DNA of 18,545 nt. Origin: Pedosphaera sp. GTDB lineage: Bacteria; Verrucomicrobiota; Verrucomicrobiia; Limisphaerales; SIBH01. Location: NCBI GenBank assembly GCA_031414955.1, contig JANOQV010000098.1:1-18545 (forward strand), in the 5' to 3' direction. How positions within the stretch are numbered: position 1 is the stretch's first letter; every line of letters starts with the position of its first letter. Position numbers and translations under genes: made by a program. The notes below the pieces were generated by a model. That model had not been told where the DNA came from and did no database searches. It was given only the letters and a program-made list of their open reading frames with translations. Positions 1 to 8,361 of this stretch are shown here, piece by piece.

Positions 1-79
1 TCCAGATGGAACCGGAAAGCGCGGCCGCGATGCGTGTCGCCCAGGATTCCGTCGGCGGCGTCGGCCCAGCCGTAGTTGC
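1..79 (-). pseudogene. Fragment of a paralog of the 76..936 gene, inverted, running off the left window edge
   Basis: The reverse complement of 1..79 matches 164..242 at 74/79 nt and encodes the same NYGWADAADGILGDTHRGRAFRFHL peptide. All 5 differences are synonymous third-position changes. There is no start: an in-frame TAG lies just upstream across the junction. Confidence 0.85.
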
Positions 80-936
80 ACGTCAGCTATTCCAACCGCG
101 ACTTTGGCGCGTTCTCCGGGCAGACCAACGGCACCAAGTCCATCACCAATCAAACGGTGACGGGCAACTACGGCTGGGCCGACGCCGCCGACGGCATCCT
201 GGGCGACACCCACCGCGGACGCGCCTTCCGGTTCCATCTGGATAACACCGCGCTGGTCAGCCTGACCGTCTCGGCCAATCCCACGACGAACTTGCTCGTG
301 CTGACTCCGGCCTTCTCGATCTACTCGGGACTGGCGGGCATCGCGCCGTACCCGCCATCGCAGACCACCAATGCCGTCAGCGCCGATCATGATGGCAGCG
401 CTGCTGGTGCCGCCTGGCGAACCTGGTGGGTGCAACAGAATCTGAATCCGCTGGCGACGGATCCGAGTCCGACGGATGGAAGCTGGAATGCGCTGGGCAA
501 CTGGAAAATCGGCGGCGATGGCGACCTGCCCGGCGACTTCGCCCAGTTGAGCAGTTTCATCTACCAAGGTTCGGCGGCGGCCACCGTCGGCGGCACCACC
601 GTGTCCGGCAGCTTCCTACTCCCGGCGGGCGACTACACCATCTTCATCGGCGGCAACGACCTCGCGAACAAAACCTCCGGCACCGCCCTTACCGCTCACG
701 GCCTCACCGCGACCTTGTCAGTGGCTCCGACACCCGGCCTCAGCATTGCGCCGAAAGTTTTTGTTGGCTGGCCGTCCGGCACCACCACCAACTGGGTGCT
801 GCAATCCGCACCGAGCGTCACCGGCCCCGCTTGGACGGGCGTGACCAACGCTCCCATGGTTCTGGACGGACAACCCGGCGTCCTGCTCGACAGCGGCGCG
901 GGCCAGCAGTTCTTCCGCTGGAATTACCTCCCGTGA
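76..936 (+). CDS. Secreted His-containing protein with a C-terminal W...FFR domain; 5' end (signal peptide) missing
   Basis: Strong GC3 bias and Thr/Gly/Asn/Ser-rich extracellular composition, with motifs HVSY, GDTH and ADHD. An in-frame TAG at 73-75 lies within the inverted fragment, so the TTG start is probably not native. Tail: VLQSAPSVTGPAW...QQFFRWNYLP. Confidence 0.8.
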   Translation: MHVSYSNRDFGAFSGQTNGTKSITNQTVTGNYGWADAADGILGDTHRGRAFRFHLDNTALVSLTVSANPTTNLLVLTPAFSIYSGLAGIAPYPPSQTTNAVSADHDGSAAGAAWRTWWVQQNLNPLATDPSPTDGSWNALGNWKIGGDGDLPGDFAQLSSFIYQGSAAATVGGTTVSGSFLLPAGDYTIFIGGNDLANKTSGTALTAHGLTATLSVAPTPGLSIAPKVFVGWPSGTTTNWVLQSAPSVTGPAWTGVTNAPMVLDGQPGVLLDSGAGQQFFRWNYLP

Positions 937-937
937 C

Positions 938-1792
938 GTGAACCGGCTCGTCATTCAATCGGCCTTCGTCGTGCTCGGCCTGGGAGTGCTTGCGCTCCCG
1001 GGCCGGGCCGACACGCACATCTTCGGCGGCGCGCTCGGCACGAACCAAAATGACAAGCTCTTCTTCAGCAACGGCAGCGCGTTCGACGCCACCCTGAGCA
1101 GTTACTCGTTTCCGCAAGTGCTGCGCACCAACGGATTGAATGCCGGTTACTATCGGGGCGAGGTTATTTCGCTCACATCGCTCGCTGCACTGCCGGAGAA
1201 CGGCGGGCCGATTCCCGGCCACGCGGCCTTCGGCGCGCAACTCGCTATCCAAGTCGTGAGTGTGCAGGGCCCGGCGGGCGGCAGCTTCGCGTTTTGGGAA
1301 GGCGATGGTGAAAGCGATCTCGGCGCGATCACGTTCAGCGTTCCCGTCGGCACCACCAACGGATCGAACTACCTCCTCATCAGCGAAAACGCCGGCGCAC
1401 CCGACACCGATCCCTACGGCCACATCCACGGACGCGAATTCACCACGAGTTTGCCGGGAACTTACCTTGTGGGCTTCCGCGTGATTGACGTGTCGGGCAA
1501 CGGCGCGGGCGGCGGCGCGATTCATGCGCCCTCGGACGTTTTGCCAGTGCGGTTTCAGGCCGGCCTGCGGATGGAAAGGCTTCAAACCTTCACCAACCGG
1601 GTGGCGGTTTCATTTCGCAGCCCGCCCGCCATCAGCAATGTGCTGGAAGCCACGACCTCGCTCACCGGGACCAACTGGTTCCCCGCCGCCGCCCCGCTGC
1701 GCGGCAACAACAACCTCCAGACTTTTACGGACACGAACGCGCCCGCTGGCAATCGCTTCTACCGGCTCCGGCAACTCAACAATCTGCCCTGA
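938..1792 (+). CDS. Secreted His-rich protein resembling the All3515 (Zur-repressed) family, with a C-terminal FYR domain instead of PEP-CTERM
   Basis: GTG start 1 nt after the upstream stop, and a signal peptide ending GRA|DTH. The motif SEN...DPYGHIHGR.FT...PG.Y.VGF...D.S.NG.GGG.IH.PS is recalled as typical of All3515-like proteins (not searched). Tail: LEATTSL...NW...FTDTN...RFYRLR. Confidence 0.75.
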   Translation: MNRLVIQSAFVVLGLGVLALPGRADTHIFGGALGTNQNDKLFFSNGSAFDATLSSYSFPQVLRTNGLNAGYYRGEVISLTSLAALPENGGPIPGHAAFGAQLAIQVVSVQGPAGGSFAFWEGDGESDLGAITFSVPVGTTNGSNYLLISENAGAPDTDPYGHIHGREFTTSLPGTYLVGFRVIDVSGNGAGGGAIHAPSDVLPVRFQAGLRMERLQTFTNRVAVSFRSPPAISNVLEATTSLTGTNWFPAAAPLRGNNNLQTFTDTNAPAGNRFYRLRQLNNLP

Positions 1793-1904
1793 TGCAAAAA
1801 CCCAAATTAAGGCCGTGAAAAATTTCGGGGCGCAGGCACATGTGATGAACCAGTTGGTTTCGCAGCCTCACTGGTCCGTTGACCCCGTGCGTCCTGCCCC
1901 CGGG

Positions 1905-1952
1905 TTGCGGCGTGCGGCGGACGGCAGGAAACTGCCTCCGCCCGCGTCGCGA
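1905..1952 (+). other. GC-rich intergenic stem-loop with GAAA tetraloop
   Basis: GCGGA-C-GGCAG-GAAA-CTGCC-TCCGC core (loop 1928-1931), extendable with G-U pairs. No U-tract. Confidence 0.5.
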
Positions 1953-2036
1953 GGCCAGAGCAAACGGCTTGGCCTTCGCGCTCACCCTTGTTGAAACAAT
2001 CTTTCCTTTCGTGGAACCAAGTGAGAAAAAAACAAA

Positions 2037-2999
2037 ATGAAATCCAAACTGATTCCCGCCCTGCTTGCCGCCGCTTGCGGTCTGCCCGCTGCCGCTTGTG
2101 ATCTGTGCGCGGTTTACAACGTCAATGCCGCCGAGGGGACTCGGAATCACGGCTTCTCCGCCAGCTTGGCCGAACAATTCACTCACTTCGGCACCTTGCA
2201 GGAAGATGGCCGCAAGGTCGCCAATCCGGCCCACCAGTATCTCGACAGCCTCATCGCGCAGGCCGTCCTCGGCTACACCTTCAACGATTGGGCGACGGTG
2301 CAGTTGAACATTCCAGTCATCGCGCGGGAGTTCAGGCGTCCGGTCGAAGGCGTCAATGAACGAGATGATGAATCGGGCCTCGGCGACATCTCACTGATTG
2401 GTCACTTCACGCCGGTGCGTTACGAGAAAATGCACACGACCTTCAATTGGAGTGTGTTTGGCGGCGTGAAGTTTCCCACCGGCGACAGCCGGCGGCTCAA
2501 GGAGGAAACTGAGCACGAGCACGAGCATGAGGAGGAAGAGGAGCATATCGCGAGCGGCATCCACGGCCACGACCTGGCGCTGGGCAGCGGTTCGTTCGAC
2601 GGCATCATTGGCACGGGCATTTATGCGCGTCATCGACGGGTTTTTTTCAATGCCAGTGTCCAGTACGCGATCCGCACATGCGGCGACTTCGATTACGAGT
2701 TCGCCAACGACTTCATGTGGTCGGGCGGGCCGGGTGTGTTCCTCGTGCTGGAGGAAAGCTGGACGGCTTCCCTGCAATTCGTGGTCAGTGGCGAGGACAA
2801 GGGAACGGATGAATTCCGCGGAGAGAAGGCGGCGGATACGGGCATCACTTCGGTGTTCGTTGGTCCGCAGGTCAACGTCACCTGGTCGGACAAGTTGAGC
2901 GCGCAGATGGGAGTGGATATTCCCGTGCTGCTCAACAACACCGCCCTCCAAGCCGTGCCGGATTACCGGCTGCGCGGTGCGGTGACGTGGCGGTTCTGA
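2037..2999 (+). CDS. Outer-membrane beta-barrel transporter (MetA/phenol-degradation channel-like) with N-terminal CxxC and His/Glu-rich loop
   Basis: Signal peptide followed by CDLC; motifs SGLGDISL, GVKFPTG and LGSGSFD; amphipathic strands; C-terminal Phe (GAVTWRF); insert EETEHEHEHEEEEEHIASGIHGHD. Confidence 0.8.
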   Translation: MKSKLIPALLAAACGLPAAACDLCAVYNVNAAEGTRNHGFSASLAEQFTHFGTLQEDGRKVANPAHQYLDSLIAQAVLGYTFNDWATVQLNIPVIAREFRRPVEGVNERDDESGLGDISLIGHFTPVRYEKMHTTFNWSVFGGVKFPTGDSRRLKEETEHEHEHEEEEEHIASGIHGHDLALGSGSFDGIIGTGIYARHRRVFFNASVQYAIRTCGDFDYEFANDFMWSGGPGVFLVLEESWTASLQFVVSGEDKGTDEFRGEKAADTGITSVFVGPQVNVTWSDKLSAQMGVDIPVLLNNTALQAVPDYRLRGAVTWRF

Positions 3000-3037
3000 G
3001 CACGCAATCAGCACTCACCCAACCAACCGTCACGCTC

Positions 3038-4141
3038 ATGTATCAAGAAGCCACCCTCCGCCACATCTCGAAGCAGTTCCAAATCTACGGCGAGATTCTG
3101 CACGCCGAGCTTTGCAAGATCGGTCACATCAACGAGACCTACACCGCCACCTACGATCAGGGCGGCACGCGGGTCCGCTACGTTCATCAGAAGCTCAACC
3201 AGAACGTCTTCAAAAAACCCGCCGAGGTCATGGACAACTTCATGCGCGTGACCCGGCACATCCGGCGCAAGCTGGAGGACGCCGGCGGCGAGGACATCAC
3301 CCGCCGCGTGCTCACGCTCGTGCCCACGCACGACGGCAAATCCTTCTACCGCGACAAGTCGGGCGATTACTGGCGCACCTTCGTCTTCATCGAGCGCGTG
3401 CAGACCTACGAGACGGTCGAGACGCCGAAGCAGGCTTACCAGGCCGCGCGCGCCTTCGGGGAATTCCAGCAGCAACTCGTCGATCTGCCCGATGGCCGGC
3501 TGCACGAGACGATTCCCGACTTCCACAACACGCAGAAACGTTTCCAGGCACTGCTCGCCGCCGTGAAGGCCGACCGCTACAACCGCGCCCAGACCGCCCA
3601 GGCCGAAATCGACTTCGCGCTCGCGCAGGAAAAGATCGTGGACGTGATTCTCAAGGCGCTGGCCAGCGGGAAGATTCCCGAGCGCGTCACGCACAACGAC
3701 ACCAAATTCAACAACGTGATGCTCGACAGCGATACTGGCGCCTCCATGTGCGTGGTCGATCTGGACACCGTGATGCCCGGCTGCGTGCTCTACGATTTTG
3801 GGGACATGGTCCGCACCACCACCAGTCCGACGCTCGAAGACGAGCCTGACCTCTCGAAGGTCAACATGCGCATGAACATGTTCAAGGAACTGGCCCGCGG
3901 CTATCTCGATGCCGCCGGCTCCTTCCTCACCAAGGCCGAGCGCTCGCACATCGCGTTCTCCGGCCGGCTCATCACCTTCACCATCGGCATCCGGTTCCTC
4001 ACCGACTATCTCAGCGGCGACACCTACTTCCGTGTCCATCGCCCGCACCACAACCTCGATCGCAGCCGCACCCAGTTTAAGCTCGTGGAATCCATCGAAC
4101 GCCAGGAGTCCGCGATGCAGAAGTTCGTGGATGGGTTGTGA
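3038..4141 (+). CDS. Aminoglycoside phosphotransferase-family kinase, N-acetylhexosamine 1-kinase-like
   Basis: Motifs GHINETY, LHETIPDFHNT, RVTHNDTKFNN, VVDLDTVMPG, YDFGDMVR and GIRFLTDYLSGDTYF. ATG at 3038 is preferred over the ORF-track start, which overlaps the upstream gene. Confidence 0.88.
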   Translation: MYQEATLRHISKQFQIYGEILHAELCKIGHINETYTATYDQGGTRVRYVHQKLNQNVFKKPAEVMDNFMRVTRHIRRKLEDAGGEDITRRVLTLVPTHDGKSFYRDKSGDYWRTFVFIERVQTYETVETPKQAYQAARAFGEFQQQLVDLPDGRLHETIPDFHNTQKRFQALLAAVKADRYNRAQTAQAEIDFALAQEKIVDVILKALASGKIPERVTHNDTKFNNVMLDSDTGASMCVVDLDTVMPGCVLYDFGDMVRTTTSPTLEDEPDLSKVNMRMNMFKELARGYLDAAGSFLTKAERSHIAFSGRLITFTIGIRFLTDYLSGDTYFRVHRPHHNLDRSRTQFKLVESIERQESAMQKFVDGL

Positions 4142-4180
4142 TTTGGTCTCAATCAGCGTCGCCACATGACCAGCAGGAAG

Positions 4181-4334
4181 AACCGCGAACCACGCGGAAT
4201 ACGCGAACAAGAACCCTGAATCGCCACAAAGAACGCAGAGAACGCAAAGACCGGATTCTCTCTATGTGCCCTCTGTGATCTCTGTGGCAAATCCCGCAGT
4301 TTTCCTTTCCGCGTGTTCCGCGTGGTTCGCGGTT
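4181..4334. repeat. Nested inverted repeats between convergent genes
   Basis: Outer arms 4181..4205 and 4310..4334 match at 24/25. Inner arms 4223..4250 and 4261..4288 match at 21/28. Both arm types have an internal period of about 9 nt. Confidence 0.85.
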
Positions 4335-4345
4335 TCAAATCCCCC

Positions 4346-6289
4346 TCAATACACCAGCACCAGCACCGCCGCCTGCTCGACCGACTTCACCACGTCCTCA
4401 AACTTCCGCTCCTTCGTGTTTGCGTCTTTGAGTTTGGCCGACACTTCCGGCACGGATTCGAGGAAGCTGAGCAGGAAGCTGCTCTTCACCGCGTAATTCA
4501 CGTTTTCCGGCAAGGCTCCGCTCGCGGCCAGCGCCGCCCGCGCGCTCAGCTTGGCCGACACCACGCCCACCACGTTCCCGCGCTCCTCCACCAGCGCCCC
4601 GCCCGAATTGCCCGGCTGCACCGGCACGCTGATTTGAAAATACCGCGCGTCATCCTGTGCGCCGGAGAGCGCGGCGATTTCGCCCCGGGCCAGCTTGGGC
4701 GCGAACCCTTGCAGACCCACGTTGGGGAAACCGACTGTGGCCACCGTGCTCCCCAGCCGCATCCCACGGCTCGCCACCACCGGCAACGCCGCAAACCGGC
4801 CCTCCGCCTTGAGCAACGCGAGGTCATTGGCCGCATCCACCTTCACCACTTTGGCGGCGATGATTCCCGCGCTCGTGACCAGCCGCACTTGCGAGGACTC
4901 TTTGACCACATGCTCGTTCGTGATCAGAAATCCATCCTCGGTGATGAAGAAACCGGTGCCGTAAGATTCCGGGCGTGCTTTTGCAATGCCCGTGCTTGAA
5001 CTATCGTTCTCGGCGGAAGGCGTCTGCCGCGACTTGAAATTGCGCGCCAATTTTTGTCCCTCCGCAATTTCCTCTCGCCCCATCTTGGCTTCCAGTAGGG
5101 ACACCATCTTGTTCGCATTCTCCTCGCCCTTCCCCGCAGCTAGAATTAGCCATTTGTAGGCCTCCACCTCATCTTTAGCAACGCCTCGACCAAAGGCGTA
5201 GCAGAAGCCCAGAACAGATTGTCCTTGGGCATCATTCTGCTCGGCTGCCTTGCGAAACCACTTGACCCCTTCCACGTCATTCTTCGCCACGCCTTCGCCC
5301 TTTTGATAGCAGACGCCCAGATTGGATTGAGCTTGGGCGAGATTCTGTTCGGCGGCTTTGCGATACCATTTTACCGCCTCGGTGTAATCTTGCACCACGC
5401 CCTGGCCATTGGCGTAGCAGCGACCCAAGCCGAATTGAGCCGTTGAGTTGTTCTGCTCGGCGGCTTTCTGAAACCATTTTACCGCTTCGGTGTAGTCTGT
5501 CGCCACTCCCCGAGCGTAGGAAAAGCACACGCCGAGTTTAACCTGAGCATTGACGTTATTCTGTTCAGCGGCTTTCCGATACCAACTCACCGCTTCCGCC
5601 TGATCCTGCTCGATGCCTTTGCCAAGCGCATAGCAAATACCCATGTTGTATTGAGCGGTGGCGTGATTCTGCTCGGCCGCTTTGCGATACCAATCCACGG
5701 CCACGACATCGTCCTTGGGGACGCCTTGTCCAAAGGAGTAGCAAACACCCAGATTGAATTGAGCCTCGCCGTCATTTTGCGCGGCTGCTTTGCGGTACCA
5801 TTTTACCGCTTCGATGTGGTCCTCGGCCACACCGCTGCCTGTGTGGTAGGAACGACCGAGGTGGAACTGAGCCGCCGGCAATCCCTTTTCTGCGGCTTTG
5901 CGAAACCATTTGGCAGCTTCGGCTTCGTCTTTGGCAACTCCAATACCGAAACGATACGCGAGTCCTTTGTAGTACTGCTCGTTAGCATCTTCACTTTCTG
6001 CTTTGGGTTTGACTTGAACACGGTCTGAATTCCGTGGTGCTCGCTTCCAATGGTGTAGCACGAGTACCGATGCAATTGCCGCGATGACCACTGCCGCACA
6101 TGTAGTCACCGCCCATTGAAGCAGACGTTTGGAACGTGCGGCCGGTGCTGGTGCCGCAAGCTCGCTTGCGGAATTTGGAATACTGAGGGATTTGGCGCAA
6201 ATCGGGCAGGGAATTTCCATGCCGGCACCTTCGTCCTCGACTGCAAGGTTGCTGCCGCAATGTGGACATTGGAACTTAATGTCGGCCAC
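4346..6289 (-). CDS. Zinc-ribbon + TM + 8 Sel1-like repeats + trypsin-like (S1) serine protease
   Basis: Likely GTG start at 6289 (VADIKFQCPHC...CPIC); TM AAVVIAAIASVLVL; eight 36-aa Sel1 repeats; catalytic triad motifs TNEHVV, ANDLALLK and QPGNSGG. Confidence 0.92.
   Translation of the reverse strand: MADIKFQCPHCGSNLAVEDEGAGMEIPCPICAKSLSIPNSASELAAPAPAARSKRLLQWAVTTCAAVVIAAIASVLVLHHWKRAPRNSDRVQVKPKAESEDANEQYYKGLAYRFGIGVAKDEAEAAKWFRKAAEKGLPAAQFHLGRSYHTGSGVAEDHIEAVKWYRKAAAQNDGEAQFNLGVCYSFGQGVPKDDVVAVDWYRKAAEQNHATAQYNMGICYALGKGIEQDQAEAVSWYRKAAEQNNVNAQVKLGVCFSYARGVATDYTEAVKWFQKAAEQNNSTAQFGLGRCYANGQGVVQDYTEAVKWYRKAAEQNLAQAQSNLGVCYQKGEGVAKNDVEGVKWFRKAAEQNDAQGQSVLGFCYAFGRGVAKDEVEAYKWLILAAGKGEENANKMVSLLEAKMGREEIAEGQKLARNFKSRQTPSAENDSSSTGIAKARPESYGTGFFITEDGFLITNEHVVKESSQVRLVTSAGIIAAKVVKVDAANDLALLKAEGRFAALPVVASRGMRLGSTVATVGFPNVGLQGFAPKLARGEIAALSGAQDDARYFQISVPVQPGNSGGALVEERGNVVGVVSAKLSARAALAASGALPENVNYAVKSSFLLSFLESVPEVSAKLKDANTKERKFEDVVKSVEQAAVLVLVY
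5123..5986 (-). repeat. Eight tandem 108-bp Sel1-like coding repeats
   Basis: The AQxxLGxCYxxGxGVxxDxxEAVKWxRKAAEQ unit was counted 8 times. Confidence 0.9.
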
Positions 6290-6479
6290 AGAATTTTTTG
6301 GAACGTAGTGCGACTGCCCTTGAAACGCCAAGAGTTGGGCAGCCGCATGTCGCCATTCCTGAGACTGTGCGTCCCTGTATCTTCCGTCCAGTTTTTTAAC
6401 CCACCCGTAATTTTTGAATGGATCAAAAATGTCGCCGCTTGAAAACCGTTGGGCATAATGCTCCAAGAAACGAGATACG

Positions 6480-7151
6480 ATGAGCCGAACCACCAGCATC
6501 CATTACGACCCAGCGAAGCTCAAAGAGCAGTATCCCGCCATCGCTGAATCTCAGCAAAATGCGCTCAAAAAAATTATCGACGACGCTTACGTTCGTACGA
6601 CGGAATTGAACCTTGATGACCCACATGAATTGTTACGGTTCGCACTCACTCGGCTTGAACCGCTTTCGGATTCCGAACCGTACATGCAACTCCGAGCCTC
6701 CCTTAAAAACCTAACGCTGCGTGAGTCTGTCCTGAGTCTTGCGAAACGCATTGAGGATGATGCCGCGCTGGCAAAGCATCTCGCAACGCTGCTCAAGATT
6801 TTCGAGCGTGGGCCATTGACGAAGTCTGATTACGATTTCAACCGTGCGGATCAGGACCCGAGCGTTCGTCTCCTGGTCGAGCATTGGATTCAAGACCCGG
6901 CGCGGAAAAACTTTCTGTGGGAAAGCCTTTGCTTTTGCAGCGATCTGGCAATGGCGAAGTTGGTCTATGCAAAGACAAAAGGAATGGAGCTGCCACCGCG
7001 ACTGCTCACCAAAGAGCCGGAACGAATCAGAAAGTTGTATGGCCGTCTCGGGCTGATCCCGGCACGTCCGCGAATCATCAAAGACGTTGATCTCAAGGGT
7101 GGGAAGGTCCGTTGGGTTTGCTTCAAGAACGCGCTCGGTAGAAGATCCTAA
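6480..7151 (+). CDS. Hypothetical protein, 223 aa, in a lower-GC segment
   Basis: Long ORF with natural helical, charged composition. 6541-6600 is 26/60 GC. No family recognised. Confidence 0.7.
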   Translation: MSRTTSIHYDPAKLKEQYPAIAESQQNALKKIIDDAYVRTTELNLDDPHELLRFALTRLEPLSDSEPYMQLRASLKNLTLRESVLSLAKRIEDDAALAKHLATLLKIFERGPLTKSDYDFNRADQDPSVRLLVEHWIQDPARKNFLWESLCFCSDLAMAKLVYAKTKGMELPPRLLTKEPERIRKLYGRLGLIPARPRIIKDVDLKGGKVRWVCFKNALGRRS

Positions 7152-7221
7152 GAAAAGCGGACACGAGGCCACTTCGCTATTCTCCGAAAAAGGTGTGGAC
7201 GTTGTTGCCAACCTCGCGTCC

Positions 7222-7362
7222 ATGAAGAGGAAGTTGAAGCCGAATAATCGTAAAGCCTGCGAAGTGAAAAACCGTGCTTTGTGGGAAGCACGCAAGCGTA
7301 TCCGCGCCGAATCGTTGGCTCCTGGTTGCGCAACTTTTGATTCTCCAAAAGCACGCTTATGA
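7222..7362 (+). CDS. Possible small basic protein (46 aa, MKRKLKPNNRK...)
   Basis: ATG-initiated Lys/Arg-rich ORF at the end of the lower-GC segment. No family recognised. Confidence 0.3.
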   Translation: MKRKLKPNNRKACEVKNRALWEARKRIRAESLAPGCATFDSPKARL

Positions 7363-7572
7363 ACTTACCCGCCCGTCCCGCGTCGCGGCCTTCGGGAGCC
7401 AGCCGCCCGCTTCTTCCCCAGCCCGCCGCTGCCGCCCGTCTCGCGAACTCCCCTGCTCATGGGTGGTCATGGGGTCGGTTCCTAGCTTCTACAACTTGCC
7501 CACGAACCCGCCGCGCTGCCGTCCGCCTCGCTAACTCGCCATGGGCCGCGCTCTGCCGCCGCAAGAATCTTT

Positions 7573-7601
7573 TTGCCGCGCTCTGCTGCGGGCGATACAT
7601 T
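7573..7601 (+). promoter_or_regulatory. Sigma70-type promoter for a leaderless toxin-antitoxin transcript
   Basis: TTGCCG (7573-7578), N17, TACATT (7596-7601), with the ATG at 7608 six nt after the -10. No Shine-Dalgarno sequence. Confidence 0.55.
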
Positions 7602-7607
7602 CGGCGC

Positions 7608-7862
7608 ATGACGGCAACAGCCGAACAGGTATTGGAAAAAATCAAGCGCCTGCCTCCCGCAGATTTGCGCGAGGTTTGCCAGGCTGTGATCCAATTGGCG
7701 GCGCAGGCCGGTCCCGCGACACTCTCTCTCCCGCAAAACGGGAGTGCGCCGGTCACCGCACAGGAAGAAGACGACGCCAATGAAGCTTCGTTCTTCGCCG
7801 CGCTGGAAGAGCTTCGCCAGCGTGGGGTGGTTCGCCTGGACACGCCGGGTTTCGTCCACTGA
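7608..7862 (+). CDS. Putative antitoxin (84 aa)
   Basis: MTATAEQVLEKIKRLPPADLREV N-terminus and an acidic C-terminal half. Ends 3 nt before a PIN-domain gene. Confidence 0.7.
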   Translation: MTATAEQVLEKIKRLPPADLREVCQAVIQLAAQAGPATLSLPQNGSAPVTAQEEDDANEASFFAALEELRQRGVVRLDTPGFVH

Positions 7863-7865
7863 CCC

Positions 7866-8291
7866 GTGTGGCTCCTCGACACCAACGTGGTTAGTGAACT
7901 GGTGAAGCGCCTGCCGGACGCCGCCGTTTAATCCCGATTCGACGCGACCCCCAAAGCTGAACTGGCCATCAGCGCGGTCACGCTTTTTGAACTCCGCTTT
8001 GGGGCCGCGCGTGCCCCGTATCCCGCGAAGCTCTGGCCGCGCATCGAAGACCGGATCTTATCGCACTGCGCGGTGCTGCCGTTGCGCCCGGACGACGCGC
8101 TGGCTGCCGCCGACCTTTTCTCAACGATCCTCGGTGGCGGCGGGAACATCACCGTGCAGGACATTCTCATCGGCGGAACCGCGTGGGCGGCGCGGCACAC
8201 GCTGGTGACGCGCAACACGCGGCATTTTCAGAGCATCGCGGGTTTGAAACTGGAGAATTGGTTCGAGCCGCCGGGGTCGGTTCAAGGTTGA
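7866..8291 (+). pseudogene. vapC: VapC/PIN-domain toxin with in-frame TAA at 7929-7931
   Basis: Reads MWLLDTNVVSELVK...DAAV*SRF...ISAVTLFELRFG...QDILIGGTA...LVTRNTRHF...LKLENW. The PIN motifs are in one frame on both sides of the stop. Confidence 0.88.
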
Positions 8292-8361
8292 ACTGGTTTT
8301 TCGCGCGTCCGCGCCGCAACGACGGTTCCTGCCTCACGCACATCGCCGCCTTCGCGAGACT

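Noticed and set aside
1..242. Diversity-generating retroelement TR/VR pair
   Set aside because: The mismatches are synonymous and not adenine-specific, and there is no reverse transcriptase in the window.
1989..2010. Zur/Fur box upstream of the barrel gene
   Set aside because: Only a weak half-palindrome is visible, which cannot be supported without a lineage-specific matrix.
6439..6459. TTGAAA...CATAAT as a sigma70 promoter
   Set aside because: The spacer is only 9 nt.
6290..6499. N-terminal extension of the Sel1 protease in the ORF track (similarly 2987-3037, 7359-7607, 9608-9778, 9707-9811 and 11376-11453)
   Set aside because: These extensions overlap neighbouring genes or precede the recognisable N-terminal motif, so downstream starts fit better.
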